Part shown: one piece after another, positions 48,792 through 61,603 of the stretch
Position numbering within the stretch: the first letter of the stretch is position 1
Layout of the letters: each line of letters begins with the position of its first letter
Assembly (NCBI GenBank): GCA_002189035.1
Contig: CM007989.1
Span: 6,758,001-6,822,000, forward strand
Direction of reading: 5' to 3'
Length of the DNA: 64,000 bases
Source of the DNA: Utricularia gibba
Lineage: Eukaryota > Plantae > Magnoliophyta
Made by a program: the position numbers and the translations under genes
Notes under the pieces: generated by a model
What the model was told of the DNA's origin: nothing
Databases searched by the model: none
What the model saw: only the letters and a program-made list of their open reading frames with translations

Positions 48792-51700
48792 ATGGCGGCG
48801 GCGTTTCCTCTACCGGTCACTGCTGCCCAGGTTCTTATTCATGGTTTTTTTGGATTTAAAAACTTTGGGTTCTTCTATTTCTCCATGATGTGCGAAGGGT
48901 GGGTTGTATTTGAATTTTGAGTGACGACAAAACACAGTTGAGACGTGTTTAGACCTTGAGGGAGGATGCGTCGTTACTGGTTGGAGTAGCTGAGGATTTA
49001 GTAAACTATTGTCATTGTAGGAAGAATCCTTTTTACTTAAGCGTATGGATAATTGGATTGAATTTCGTTTGTGGTTGTGAAGGGCAGAAAAGATGCATAT
49101 TTCGTGTGATATTTACTGTTCATAAATAATTTGTTGATCAAATTTTCGTAGGTGGGTACTTACTTTGTCGGGCAATACTACCAGATGCTCCAGAATCGGC
49201 CTAGTTTCCTGCATCAATTTTATAGTGATGCCAGCACCATGCTGCGGGTTGATGGAAACTTGATGGATTCTGCTAGTGACGTCCTGGTACTTCTTTTATG
49301 GCATATTTTTGTTTTTCGCTCTGACTTTTCATGCATCTAAATGTGGAACAAGAACCTATTATGAATGTTATCCTTTGTGGTTCGATTTGCCTATTGCACC
49401 ATAAAAGAAGATGACTGTTGGTGGAATGTTCTTTTGTCTCTGTATAGAAATGTTCTTTTGATGCATGAAATGACTATGTTCTCTTAGGGTTCACAATATG
49501 AGATGGAAAAATATAATCATATCTGGTAAGTAGCTTGAGTGTATATGAGACTAGTTTTTCATGTGGGTTGAACCCAAAGTTAAAGTAAAACTGGTACATA
49601 GTAATTGTAGCTTAGACAGATGGCATTTCTCTCTCTCTCTCTCTCTCTCTTTTTGAACTCAAGGCTTGATGTGGTGCCGTTTTTAAAAAGAGTGTGCCAA
49701 CGATGCATTAGTTATTAATTTGTTTTTTCATGATGCTCTGTTTAATCGTTTGGAACTAGGCCGTGTTAATTTTTATCATTATTAACTGCAGCAAATTCAC
49801 CAACTTGTAATGTCCTTGAACTATGCGGAAATAGAGATTAAGACTGCACATTCCTTGCAATCCTGGAACCATGGTGTTCTGGTAATGGTTTCTGGTTCCG
49901 TGCGCCTAAAAGGGTTCAGTGGAAGAAAGCAATTCATGGAGACCTTCTTTCTTGCTCCTCAAGATAAAGGATACTTTGTTCTTAATGACATGTTCCATTA
50001 TGTCGAGGAAGAACAAATTCTGCAGCATCCTACAGCGTACATGCATAAGAGCAATCTTGAATCAAACCTTCATTCATCTGCTACGTTTCAGGAACAAGGT
50101 TCATTCTCAAAGCCACCTTTTCTGACGTGATTCTTTGTTAATGATAACTTAGTACCTTGAAAATAAATTTTATTCTTGTTGGAAAAAATAGTGCACCTGG
50201 AAATGATTTTTTAAAATACAAATTCAAGGGAATAAGTAAAATGATTACAAAATATGTTGACTGAATTTTGACTAGTGGTTGTGCATGGTTACTGAATTTT
50301 GATTTCCTTACTGCCATCCACGTGTTCTAAACCATTACATGTGCAGGATATGTGGCATATGTGATTATTTATGCATAAAATTAGAGTTAAAATTTTGCTT
50401 TGGAGATTCGTGTGGTAACACTGCGTGCATGTACAATGATATTTTCAGCGCCCAATTACATTCTAGGCGAAGATGTGCATTCCAGAGAATTTCAGCCCGC
50501 TGTTGAAACTGAAACTGGTATTCATCTCAACAATTATGGTTATCATGAGGAGCAAAATCAGCAAGTGGCTGAATCAAGAAATGTTTTGGAGGATAGTTTT
50601 GCGGTCCACTCAAATGGTTCAGTTGGAACTGCTAGTTCCCTCCCAGATCGTTTCGCTTCCCCTGCCCCAGAGCTGGCTGGAGAGCCACCTAAACATACCT
50701 ATGCTTCCATAGTATGGCATCACTATTCTTTCTGTGGATTTTGTTTTTTTGTTTTTAATGTTTGGGGCTATCTTAATTTATCATTTTCTTGATTATTTGA
50801 AGTTACAAGTTGCAAAGGCACAATCTGTACCAGCTGTGACCTCTCAGGCTAACAAGCCTTCGGCCCCATCAGAATTGCAGCAAATCCCCGAAGCTCCATT
50901 GATTGAATCATCCAATCCTTTGGAAAACTCCGGTTCTGAGATTCTGGATGAAACAATACCGTTGGATGATGAAGGTGAGTTTACTTCATTGGGATTTCTG
51001 CTTGTTTTTTTCATTATATAGTGACCTCATGCCAGCGTGCTTGTATTAATAGCATTCATTTTTGTTGTTGGTCCAATTTTACTGGTATTTTTTTTTCTGC
51101 AGTTGAAATAAAATCAGTGTACGTAAAGAATGTTCCAACAACTATGGCTGCTTCGGAAATTGGGGAGGAATTCAAGAAGTTTGGTAAACTCTCTTCGGAA
51201 GGAGTGGCCATTCGGACACGAAAGGCATGGTCTTTTTATCTGCTTCTTTCTCTGTCTACAGTTCATGGTCTTTTTTTTCCCTCGATATATCAGCAATATT
51301 GTGGACAATATTTGCAGGACATAGATGTATGCTATGCCTTTGTCGAATTTGAAGATATCTCTGGTGTCCAAAACGCTATCAAGGTAATTCCATTTGCTGT
51401 TAAGTTTAAGATTACCTCTCCACTATTCGAAATCATCCTCTGTATGGTAAAGGCCTTGTTTGATGAACTAATCTGTCTTTATTTTTGATGCGTTACAGGC
51501 ATCCACCGTTCAAATTGGAGGCCACCAGCTCTATATCGAAGGCCGGAGACCAAACAGAAACACCCCTTTTAGAGGCGGAAGTAAGCATTGCATTAAAACC
51601 AATTTTCCCATGAAATCTGAAATGTCAGTTGGATCCGAACCAATGATCTCTGACTTCCATGCTTTTCTGTCTGTGCATTGTCTTTGTTGGTTCATGTTAT

Positions 51701-51929
51701 CTTCAAGCAAACTTGGTTTTGAACAGGAGGCAGGGGCAGAGGCAGGGTAAGTTACACGACGGACGGCGCAAGGGGACGGTTCGGGGGGCGCAGTTTTGGG
51801 AGGTTCGACGGCCAAGACGGCGAGTACGTTCGGCCACAAAGAGGGAATGGGTTTCACAGGCCACCTGCTCAACGGAGCTACTCGACGACCCACCAAGGCT
51901 CAAGGAACGAGCAAAACTTGTACGAGTGA
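48792..51929 (+). CDS. G3BP: G3BP-like NTF2-RRM-RGG protein
   Basis: Exons 48792-48830, 49152-49286, 49792-50098, 50449-50711, 50803-50974, 51103-51224, 51318-51383, 51499-51580, 51727-51929. VGTYFVGQYYQ, FMETFFLAPQDKGYFVLNDMFHY, SVYVKNVP, CYAFVEFED, RGG tail. Intron 6 has a GC donor. Confidence 0.93.
49629..49650. repeat. (CT)11 microsatellite in G3BP intron 2
   Basis: Read directly from the sequence. Confidence 0.9.
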
Positions 51930-52134
51930 AAATGGATGCGAACATGAATAGTGTTTCTCGCATTGGTTGGTATCCATTTAGATGAGTATGCTGGCATTGT
52001 TCATGAAATAACTCTGAACTTGTTGTACCCAGAAAACACAGTGGCCTCAAGGCTCAGGTACATAGGCCCTTTTCATTTGTAGTGTGCACTGCATTGTGGT
52101 GTCGGAATTTCAGGGAGTTTGAAGTTCAGAGTCG

Positions 52135-52277
52135 ACGTGTAGGTTAGCAGGCTGGATAAAATGGTTACAGGGCTTTAAGAAAAGTGCAGCTGCGAGACAG
52201 GTGTCCGACACGTGCAGACAAAACAAGCCACGATGCGGACACGTGTTGCTCATTCCATTCTCATTCTCGGTTATATA
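52135..52277 (+). promoter_or_regulatory. ABRE/G-box cluster and TATA box of the AWPM-19 gene
   Basis: ACGTGT 52135; GACACGTG at 52207 and 52238 (ABRE ACGTGTC on the minus strand); TATATA 52272; ATG at 52350. Confidence 0.6.
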
Positions 52278-52349
52278 TGTTTCTCCCGCAGTGAAGCAAC
52301 TGATAGATAATCTTCACAGCAATTGAAGGAGACACGCTGTTCTGCAAAA

Positions 52350-53041
52350 ATGGCGAGGGCAGTAGCGAGAACGTTAGCAGCCCCGCTGCTGTTTCTGAAT
52401 CTGATCATGTACTTCATTGTTCTCGGCTTCGCTAGCTGGTGCCTTAACAAGTACATCAATGGACAAACCAATCACCCCAGTAACGACATTCTCCTTTTCA
52501 CCCTCTTCTTCATCACCACGCTTCTTATGTAGTAGATGTAGAAAACCTTTGCCGTCCCTGTCTGCAGATATGGGAGGCAATGGAGCGACCGGGGTTTTCC
52601 TGACGTTCGCCATACTGGCGGCGGTGCTCGGGATCGTATCGAAGGTGGCCGGCGGCAACCATCTCCGAGCGTGGCGCAACGACAGCCTCGCAGCTGCTGG
52701 TTCAACTTCCATTCTAACTTGGGCGGTCACCGCGCTCGCCTTCGGGTAGGAGCGCCGTTTTCCGTTCAGTGCCTTTCAGACATACTAAGAAACGGCCTTG
52801 TGGGTTTTCTTGCAGTTTGGCGTGCAAGGAGATCAACGTCGGAGGTTACAGAGGGTGGAGACTGAGAGTTCTGGAAGGATTTGTGATAGTTCTGGCCTTC
52901 ACTCAGTTGCTGTACGTGATCCTCCTCCACGCCGGTTTTATCAGCAGCAGATACGGACCGGGTTACAGGGACTCGGACTACGGTTTAAGGGCCGGTCCGG
53001 AGGCTGAACCCAAAACCGGGGTCACCGCGGGCCGTGTCTAG
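52350..53041 (+). CDS. AWPM-19-like plasma-membrane protein
   Basis: Exons 52350-52479, 52568-52745, 52816-53041. LLFLNLIMY, GGNGATGVF, AGGNHLRAWRNDSLAAA, LACKEI, RGWRLRVLE, YGPGYRD. Confidence 0.93.
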
Positions 53042-53902
53042 GTGTCGTGTGTAGTACTGCGTGTAGTATGTATATGGTAGCAAGGACACCGCTTTACCTA
53101 CTGATTGTAATAATATTTGCTGTAAGATGGAGTTACTATTCCCCATTCTTCCACGTGCTATTTAAAAACAAATTAAATGATTATTTTAATAATGGTAAAA
53201 TGTCCTCTATACGAAATTAGTGCAATTTTGGAAATTAAATTAATTTTCTATCGATGAATATGAGCTATAATTAATCTTCAAAATTTAAAAATCTAATATA
53301 TTTTGTTCTCATTTTTTATAATTTGATAAATTAATCCTTATTTTTGGCCAATTATAGTAAAATTGAATTAGAGAAAACATTAAAATGTATAATTATGAAT
53401 TAAATATTGAGCGCTGTTTTTGTTTAAAGATCAATTATGAATAATTTTGAAATAATGAAGATTAAAGCACCGTTAATAAAGATTAATTATCTCATTTAGA
53501 TAAACAGTCGGTATTATTCACGTAATTTTCATGGTATCAATTTTAGATATAATTAATTATGGCGTAATGTAATATATTCTTGTTAATTTTTTATTAAAAA
53601 GATAATTTGAATAGCTAGGGGTTCACCGGTGCAGCGCACATAGAATCATCCATCGTTTCTGTAGATGTGATTGATTCTGTGGATTAGGTTTCTGAGGAAG
53701 CTGTGATCCATCGCCAGAAGCCCATGGCAAATATGCTATCCGCGCGGAGCGGCCGCATTGGGCGGCGGTTTCCAGCCCGGTAGTTTTCCCAGGCGGTTCA
53801 CGCATTCCCATGCTCGACAGAGACAAAAGCATCAACATCTATTAAACTTCCTTGAGTGTTCCCTGTTTTTTTACTAGCTTCCCTCGTTCTCTGGTAGGTG
53901 TT

Positions 53903-56900
53903 ATGGATGATGATGAGTGTGTTGGTGAGGGAGGGAAATACGAGATTATGGGGGTATCGGCAGATTGGCCGTCTGAGGTAGCAGCTTTCGGTGATTATGG
54001 CGGTGGACGAGGAATTGAAAGGGTCACGGTTGGGGAAGAGTCGCAGGACCCGTTAATGGCTTTTGGTTCAGGGATTATGCTGATGATCCTTGGCAAGCTT
54101 GACGCACGCAGCGTGGCACAAGCTCGGCTGGTATGCCGTAAGTGGATGTTTATTGCTTCCTCGGACTATGTTTGGGCTCCAAAGGTTCCAACTTTCTCTC
54201 TCTTGCGCTTTTTTTCTTTTTCGTTCCAATCCTATTCTTTGATATTCCTTTGGCATATTTTGGTTATCCTGCTTTGAATGTTTGTATTCAATTTTGTAAT
54301 TACTATTTACTTCACTTGGTTTGCACATTGGAGGTGTTGAGTTCTGAGTAGGTTCTATGGGAAAGAGTACATTCGACAGATAATTTTAATAAATATGGAG
54401 TGTTTACTACCTTCGGCTGCGAATCGTCTCTGTCTTTTGTGTTGCAATTTTGTGGGTGCCAAGGTGTACTTGTTTGCAGTAAAATCTAAGAATTGTAAAG
54501 TTCATTCGCATTTGAGCATCTAATTGAGGTTATCTAAAGTTCGAGGAGTGAATTTGGAGAATATGTAGCCCGGCTTCTTAGAACAAATATAACAGCGTTA
54601 CAGTTTGAACACTACCTTGGCAATCTTTCGTATTTTTCAATATTTTCTAGTTGCTAGGGGATATTTTTCCCATGTAAGTAGTCAAATAACCTAGTGGCTG
54701 TAAATCTGGATATCCGAAGTATTCTGTACACCTAAAGCACAGCAGGGTACTCCCCTTCTTTCCATTCATTGGAGCGTTTTTGGATTAGTCCTAACATTGA
54801 GGTACCTAATTGCTCTAGATAACAACAATTTAGTGTACATTTTATGTACTCTGGAAGAATGTTTCTGATCAACTGCTCTTTGTTTCTTAAGCATAGGAGG
54901 GTATTCTTGATGCCTTTACTTTTTCTTCCTAGAGGTGCTCTATATCTTCTGGTTCTTTTGCTTCCAATGCATCTCTTTTACATTCCTGTGCATGCACCTG
55001 TTTCAGGATCTCTTTTGTGTGTAGAGAGATTACGTCTTAAATGGTGGTCCGATCCAAAATTTTACCTTCTGTTTCCCTGTGGAGGCAAAGCTGCTATCAT
55101 TTTGTGAAGATGAGGAATTGGATGACAGAGGTTTTGTTAGGTTGATTTGTTTTCATTCTTCTGCAAAAGAAGTTTACTTTGTTATATCCTAAGAGGCTTT
55201 GTACTTCATGTTTAATTTCTTTTAAAGAGCATGTAAACGTGAAAAAGGCAGGTAAATTTAAAATTCATGAGTCAGTTTTACTCCTTGCATTGAAATTGCT
55301 TCGTTTTATTTATGCGCTTGATCATGGAATAATTATGGTGCAAGAGGAGATCTTTTCATCTGTCAACTTGGGTTTTTTTTTTGGTACTTGTCCTTTGCTT
55401 TTAATTTTTACTTCAAGCATCAGAAATGGAAACGTATCAGGTAGAGGGTTCTTACATTAGCGGCATGCTCATATCCCTTTACTTAATGTGGTCGGCGGAT
55501 AAGGCATTGTTACATTGTTTTAATAGCACAATCTGCTTCTGACGCGGCCAGCATATAAGCTGTTATTCCCTCTTGTGTAATGGGAGAGATAGTGCCGTTT
55601 TTGTGCCCAGAATGGAGTTACGATTCTCCATATTTTTGGCTTCAGAAAGTTACCAGTGACTTAACAGTTCCACAGGAGATGAGGCAAAGCAAAGTATATC
55701 TTGCAATCAGCCCCCTTGCAGAAATTACACCTGAACAGATGACTGCTGGTCCAGTCAGCCGTTTTCCAGTTGGAATCACGAAGGCTTGATTATCCTTGGT
55801 GTTTCAGCCGGAAACTGTATGAAGACGATTGGTGCCTATATTTGCCGTGCTTTTGAAATTGAGGATTTCATTGCCAAGGGGCCTGTGAATTGATGGTAAG
55901 TTGATTTTCAGGAGGGAGAAGGACCAGATGCAGTTGTGCGTAAGAGATGGAACAATTTGGTATTTTCCAACGTTAAGTTTAAACGCTTTACAGCGTTGGA
56001 GTAAACACAAGGGTGTGAGAGTGAATTTCCAAATCTGTTTAGGCAACTCCTCTTGAGATGGATATTTTCCGCACGGGCAGATACATGGGATGATCTGTCT
56101 ATCTTGCATGCAGACTTGGTCTTTTTTGTTGGAGGGTGCTTTAAGTGCGAGGGGGATTTATGCTAACAAGGAATCATTTGGGGAACACCTTGGAATATGC
56201 ACGTAGTAGGTAAGTTTCAGTTTCTCAACAGGAGTTACAGCACCGCTGTTCTGGCTGGAGAAACTCGAGGTTTGTCATGAATCCCAAGGCACTGAAAAAA
56301 GCCATCCGTTAGCACTCCTTGCATGTTAATAATGTCACTAGGATTTTGATAATGGAAGAATGTTGTCATGAATCCCTCTGTCAAGTGGAAAAGCGTCTGG
56401 ATATTTGGTTTGTGTGAAGTACCACAAGTACCTACAATTGCAGCGTGTTAAGAGCTGCTGTTTATGCGAGGGATGTGAAGGCCATTTCCCCTGGTTGACG
56501 GAATTGAACCAGAGCTTGCTTTGAAACTGAATGCCATGTGTATACTTATAATATGTTGCTACCTCAGCTACATCATATCCCTGAAGTTCGATTTGTGCGT
56601 AGGTGGTCTTGAGTTCTGTATGAGACTGGGAAAACTGCCAAAAATCGCAGATTGTTGACATTCAATGGATGAGGAATCAGTGTACTATTGGATGAAGAGC
56701 TACGAGCAGAGATGCTCAGGAGCTTAGCGTAGCCTTCCGTTGAATCGTGAAAACCAATACTCTCCCAAGTCAAGGCGTACACAATAATTAAATAGAATGA
56801 AAAACCGAGTTTTAGCTCCTCCGTGGGAACAAGTTTGGGGCTTGGAAAGCTGTGGGTCTTGGAGAACCGCTCTCACTGTTGCTGCTATTCCTTTAATCTT

Positions 56901-58994
56901 CGATTCATTCACAACTGAGATGGGAAGTTACAAGGCTGAAAAGAGAATTACGCCAGCTCATTAAATTAAGGTAACCTCAATGCAGTACTCTAGGCAACAT
57001 ACTAAGGTTGGGGAGAGGCGCACTAGCTTTTGCACAAGGTCATTGAATATGGTCTGCTCAATAAAATAATTAGGTAATAAATCCAACGTTAGCAGCTCCC
57101 ATTCTGTCTTTGAAACACCTAAGCTAGTTGTCCAGGGTCACATCCAATGGTCTACATGGTTATTAAGGAGAAACTCGTCCTCTAAAGCATCAGAAAGGTG
57201 GAGCACGTTGATAGAATCAGACTAAAGACATTATTATGTCCGAATTCAACTGATTACAATAACCCATTTAGCTTGAATCTAACGGCTTGTTGCATCAGGT
57301 TCATATCAACCCCACATAACTGAAAATTTGCATGTTTTTTCCTAGTGAAATTTTCTTACAGTATTGGAGTCGTGCATCACAAATTTATGGTAATTCATAA
57401 TGTGCAGCTGAGCTCCCAAAGGTGTTATTTTTCTAGTATCCAGATGAAAACAACGATTTTTTTTCCTTTTTTCTTTGGTTTCTTAGACAAGTCAAAAAGG
57501 TGTTTATTGTTTTGGAAAAGCCATAATGAAGAATGTTGATAAATTTACTTTTAGTACATTCTAGTTCATAATAATCTGCTTTTGTTGAATGTACCTACTA
57601 GCCTCTCGTTAAAGTGGATTACTTACAGTGTTTATCATGATCATCCTACTGTTTGCAGTGTGATGATTTATGGTCTGGAAAGGCTTACATACCTCAGGAG
57701 TCAAAAGAAAGGGGGATTCCAAAGTTTTCTGCTTACTTGCACTCTGTCGTGGATGGCAAACGAGTAATACATCCTTCAATAATGTTTTTACTGGTCAAAA
57801 AAGGTATTTAATTATTTTCTTGTATCAGACCAGGATACAGCAGCGGGACCTCTGTGACCATGTATGGGATTTCCATTTCAATGAGGTATATACTACTGCA
57901 TTTCCATTTTGTTTCAATATGGCTTTTGTTGAAGCATAAATGCAAGGGTTATGTCGCCCCTGACATTGGAATTTAGTCCATCAAACAATGTACTCTCTTC
58001 ATTTGGATGTCACCTGCCGCATTCTTATATTGACCAGAAGTCTTTAAGTTTATATTAATATGAGTCAAGTCAGCTTGCGTGTTCAGTTATTTATTTCGTT
58101 CTTGCGTCTCATATCAAGCACTCAGAAGTCGTTAAATTTATATTTATCAGAATCAAGTCAGCTTTCCTGTTCATTTTTATTTATACAATTGCTGTATCTC
58201 ATTCGATTGCCAATATCAAGGACTTACAAAGAAAGGGGGTGTCCCGGGAAGAATAAGCTCTCTTTTGTTGGAAATCATGTGCAACGTTTTATACTAAAGC
58301 CTGCCTTTTTTATTCATCTGTCATTGCCTCGTCTTAGAAATGCTTTACCTATGAGAGGCTTCGGAATCATGCAGCTTATGTGTGTGCTCCTCCACTGCTG
58401 CTAGGAAAACTTCTCGTGTGAGGATTAGATTATGTGATTAAGTGGATACTGGTTTATAAATCCATGTTAACCCATAGAAAACATTATCCCAAATTCCTGA
58501 GGCAAATGCAGAAACGAGTTTCAGATCTACCTCCTAGTTTGCCTGAGGCAACCCTGAGGAGTTCTTAGAAATCTGAAACTTTTGTTTGTTGAATGGATGA
58601 AATCATGTTGGCCACCCACGCAAATAGTTTCTGATGGATGTTCCTCTTGTCCTCCTCCACTCAGGATGCCCCTGACTACTGGAAAAGTCTGGATCCGTAC
58701 TGGACTGGGGCAGGTAGCCCAATGAAGCGTTATTTCCAAATAGATGGTAGCATAACCGCCGACCCGGATGACAGGGTGTGGGGTGGCCATGAATCATGCT
58801 ACACCGTAGTCACAGGTTTGCTGCATGATGGCACCATGAGGGAGCACTACGTTCGAATCAACAGGTGGTTAAAGCTGTCTGTGCGCAGAAGAGAAGACTG
58901 GGGCTGGGAGTTGTATTCCAGTCTCTGCTCCTACAACAGCCTCCCAGATGCTGGAAAGGTAGAAGCTGCCGGTCCATCCTCCCCAGGATTCTAG
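53903..58994 (+). CDS. F-box-like protein with conserved plant C-terminal domain
   Basis: Exons 53903-54184 (DPLMAFGSGIMLMILGKLDARSVAQARLVCRKW...VWAPK), 57659-57763 (CDDLWSGKAYIP), 57829-57885 (DLCDHVWDFHF), 58665-58994 (APDYWKSLDPYW...RRYF...VWGGHE...RINRW). All junctions are phase 0; intron 1 is about 3.47 kb. Confidence 0.85.
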
Positions 58995-59401
58995 ACCAGA
59001 GTTCAGCAGTTTTTGCTTTTCCTCTGTGTGCTGTCTCTTTTGTTGACTTTTATGTTACTTGAGTACTCCTCCAGTTTGTGCGGCGGCACCTGGGTTTTGT
59101 TCCATTCAGCGCTTACTGCCAGAGCTAATGTTCCATGCAGTCTTCGCTGAAGAATTTCGGTTCTTGTGCATTGTTCTCATAGTGAAACATTCAACCATCG
59201 CCTTTATGAAGGTAACTGACTCCACAAGTAAGCTAACTAATCGTCGAAGCCAACAATGAACTAATTGGGATGCGTTTGGGTGCTGAAGATCACTAAAAAC
59301 TGTAACTCGAATGTGGGTTTTAAGTGCTGCTCTGCAAAATGAAAGGAGGTCGAATGCTAGATTTCTCGAACTGGAAAATCTGATCAGAAGGTGAAGCTCT
59401 A

Positions 59402-61060
59402 CTAAACACAACCTTCTGTCAGCTCCTTGTCGAAAAAAGTCTCTATCCACGATAAATAATGCCTAGTCTTTTTGTGGGAAATGTTCTGTCCTAACAACCA
59501 CCTACCCCCTAAATCCTTCATCCTGCGGTTACTGCACCTACTGCACAATCCTACATGATCACAGTTAAAACTATATTCCATAAGTGTTCTTCACAAGTAT
59601 AGTTGCTGCAAATAACTTGGTCTCCTTTTTCACGAGCAGAAGAAACAATAAAACCTACACCAAGTCCCACCTTTTCCCACACAAATCCACCATACCAAAA
59701 AGTTCATGTCCATTCAAGAAAAAAATCAAGTTGTAAATGCAGAAAAAAACCCACATCGAAACATTTCTCTTGCACGTGTTCATTCTATCTAGAATCCATA
59801 GCATGTGAACTAAGCTACGGCAAAGAAAGAGACAGATCGTGCACTCTTCTGGGTCACAAGAAACAACCTTTCATAGAATGCAAAACAAACAATCACGATA
59901 ACCAAATCATGCATCTTCTTGATGTCCGTCGAAGCAACACCAACAAGCTACACATGTTCCCAAAATATGGGACCAGAGAATCACGAAGCATGTTTTCAAT
60001 TTTGCTACCAATGGAAGGACTCAGTTGGAAACATTCACGAATGACATTATAGCATATTTCCACATCCTATAAGAATTATTTCTCACTTGCTTACTCAAAT
60101 TACGACTTAAAAAGCTCCTCCTAATCTATCCAAAGCATACAATGACCTATCAGCAACACGGGCATCATTAACTATAGTGCAGAGTGACTTGGACTTATTC
60201 TACCCCATCCGTACAAGGAAGATCAAATTTAATGATCATGTTGCTCTTCCGCAATAATTGCCTTTTTAATAAGCAGTATTTTTTTCCCTTTTCTAATCTT
60301 CCTAAAGTGCCTGAATTACTTAACCATTTGGCCACCGTTCTGCAGGCAATGATATGGTTTATAATATGATGTACAGCTCATGTACGCATCCCTAAAATAT
60401 GTTTCACACTGCGTAGTCAAAACGCATCAACCATCAATCCAAGGAAAATAGGTACGGTGGTGATGCGGCGGCTTTTTGGGTTCAAAACGGCTATTTCTCG
60501 TGTTTTGATACTTGATCATCATGTCGAGAATGCGATGATAACAACAAAATGCATTCATAGGAAAGCTAGTCTTTACTAGGCCTGGACGGCAAATAGATAC
60601 CTGATTTTTTTAGAGGCTGAACCCGAAATACCAAGAGCCGCAACCTGCTTCCCCAAACTCCAGCCCTTTTTATCCCTATCTCAAAAAGAAGATAAAACAA
60701 CTGAGGCTTCCGAACATCAAAACAAAGAAAAGGAAGAAGAAATGATTGCAAGTATCTTGCAAACAAACAAACTTCCCAAATAGGTTCCCTACACTACACC
60801 ATATGAATGACCACTCTCACCCTTCCAACACAAACGTTTCTTGTTTTCTCATCGTCACGAATCACACACATTCAACGCAACATCACTCCATTTCGAAAAA
60901 AACAGAACAAAACTAAGACCTTAAGCAAGAAAAAGTACCGTTTCTTCAAACGCTCAGAGCGGATAGGGTTCCGATGAAGAACAATAAGAAGACGCGGGAG
61001 TGACCTTCCTGGGGAGCAAAATATCAGAGTTCCTTTATCGCATCGGGATCGCCAATTTTC
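59402..61060 (-). other. Candidate unannotated spliced transcript (lncRNA or sORF gene)
   Basis: CT-rich leader-like segment ending at donor CG|GTACTT (60939/60938). T-rich interior, acceptor TTATTTGCAG at 59606, then a 39-aa ORF at 59521-59402. No family recognised. Confidence 0.25.
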
Positions 61061-61603
61061 TAGTGCCGCGAGTCCTCCCATATCGTCAATATTACTAAAA
61101 TAATTCAATTTTTAATTATTAAATACTTATTGAATATATAATATTCATTATAGCATATCCCATATCATCAAGATATACTTAACCAATTGAACACGATATA
61201 TAGACTTCTAAAATTCATAAATTTTTGAATTAATTATTTTTATATGTGAATTATGTATTATTAAACAAAGAATTTGTAGATATTTTATTGATTAAAGAAA
61301 TCACTTTCTAGTTTTCTATATTCAAAATAGCAATTGGAAGATATTTATCCTGCGGATGCGGCCGCCGCAAATGGAAGCCGACAAGATCAGTTGCGCTGTG
61401 AGAAGATATTTATGTCAATACTCTGAACTGTCATTACATTACGCACGATTCCTCTACTCATCCTTAGAAAAAAACATACATATCTTCTCTAGAACTCCTT
61501 TTGGATTTTGTAGGGATTCTCTGGAGTCTGATTAACAGGGAGAATGCACAAAGTCCGAGAGGAAGATGTACGGAAGGGCAAGTTCAGTAACCCTTATGGG
61601 TGG

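Noticed and set aside
59750-59759. USE-like ACCCACATCG
   Set aside because: Imperfect match, no TATA at Pol II or Pol III spacing, and no snRNA-like sequence downstream.
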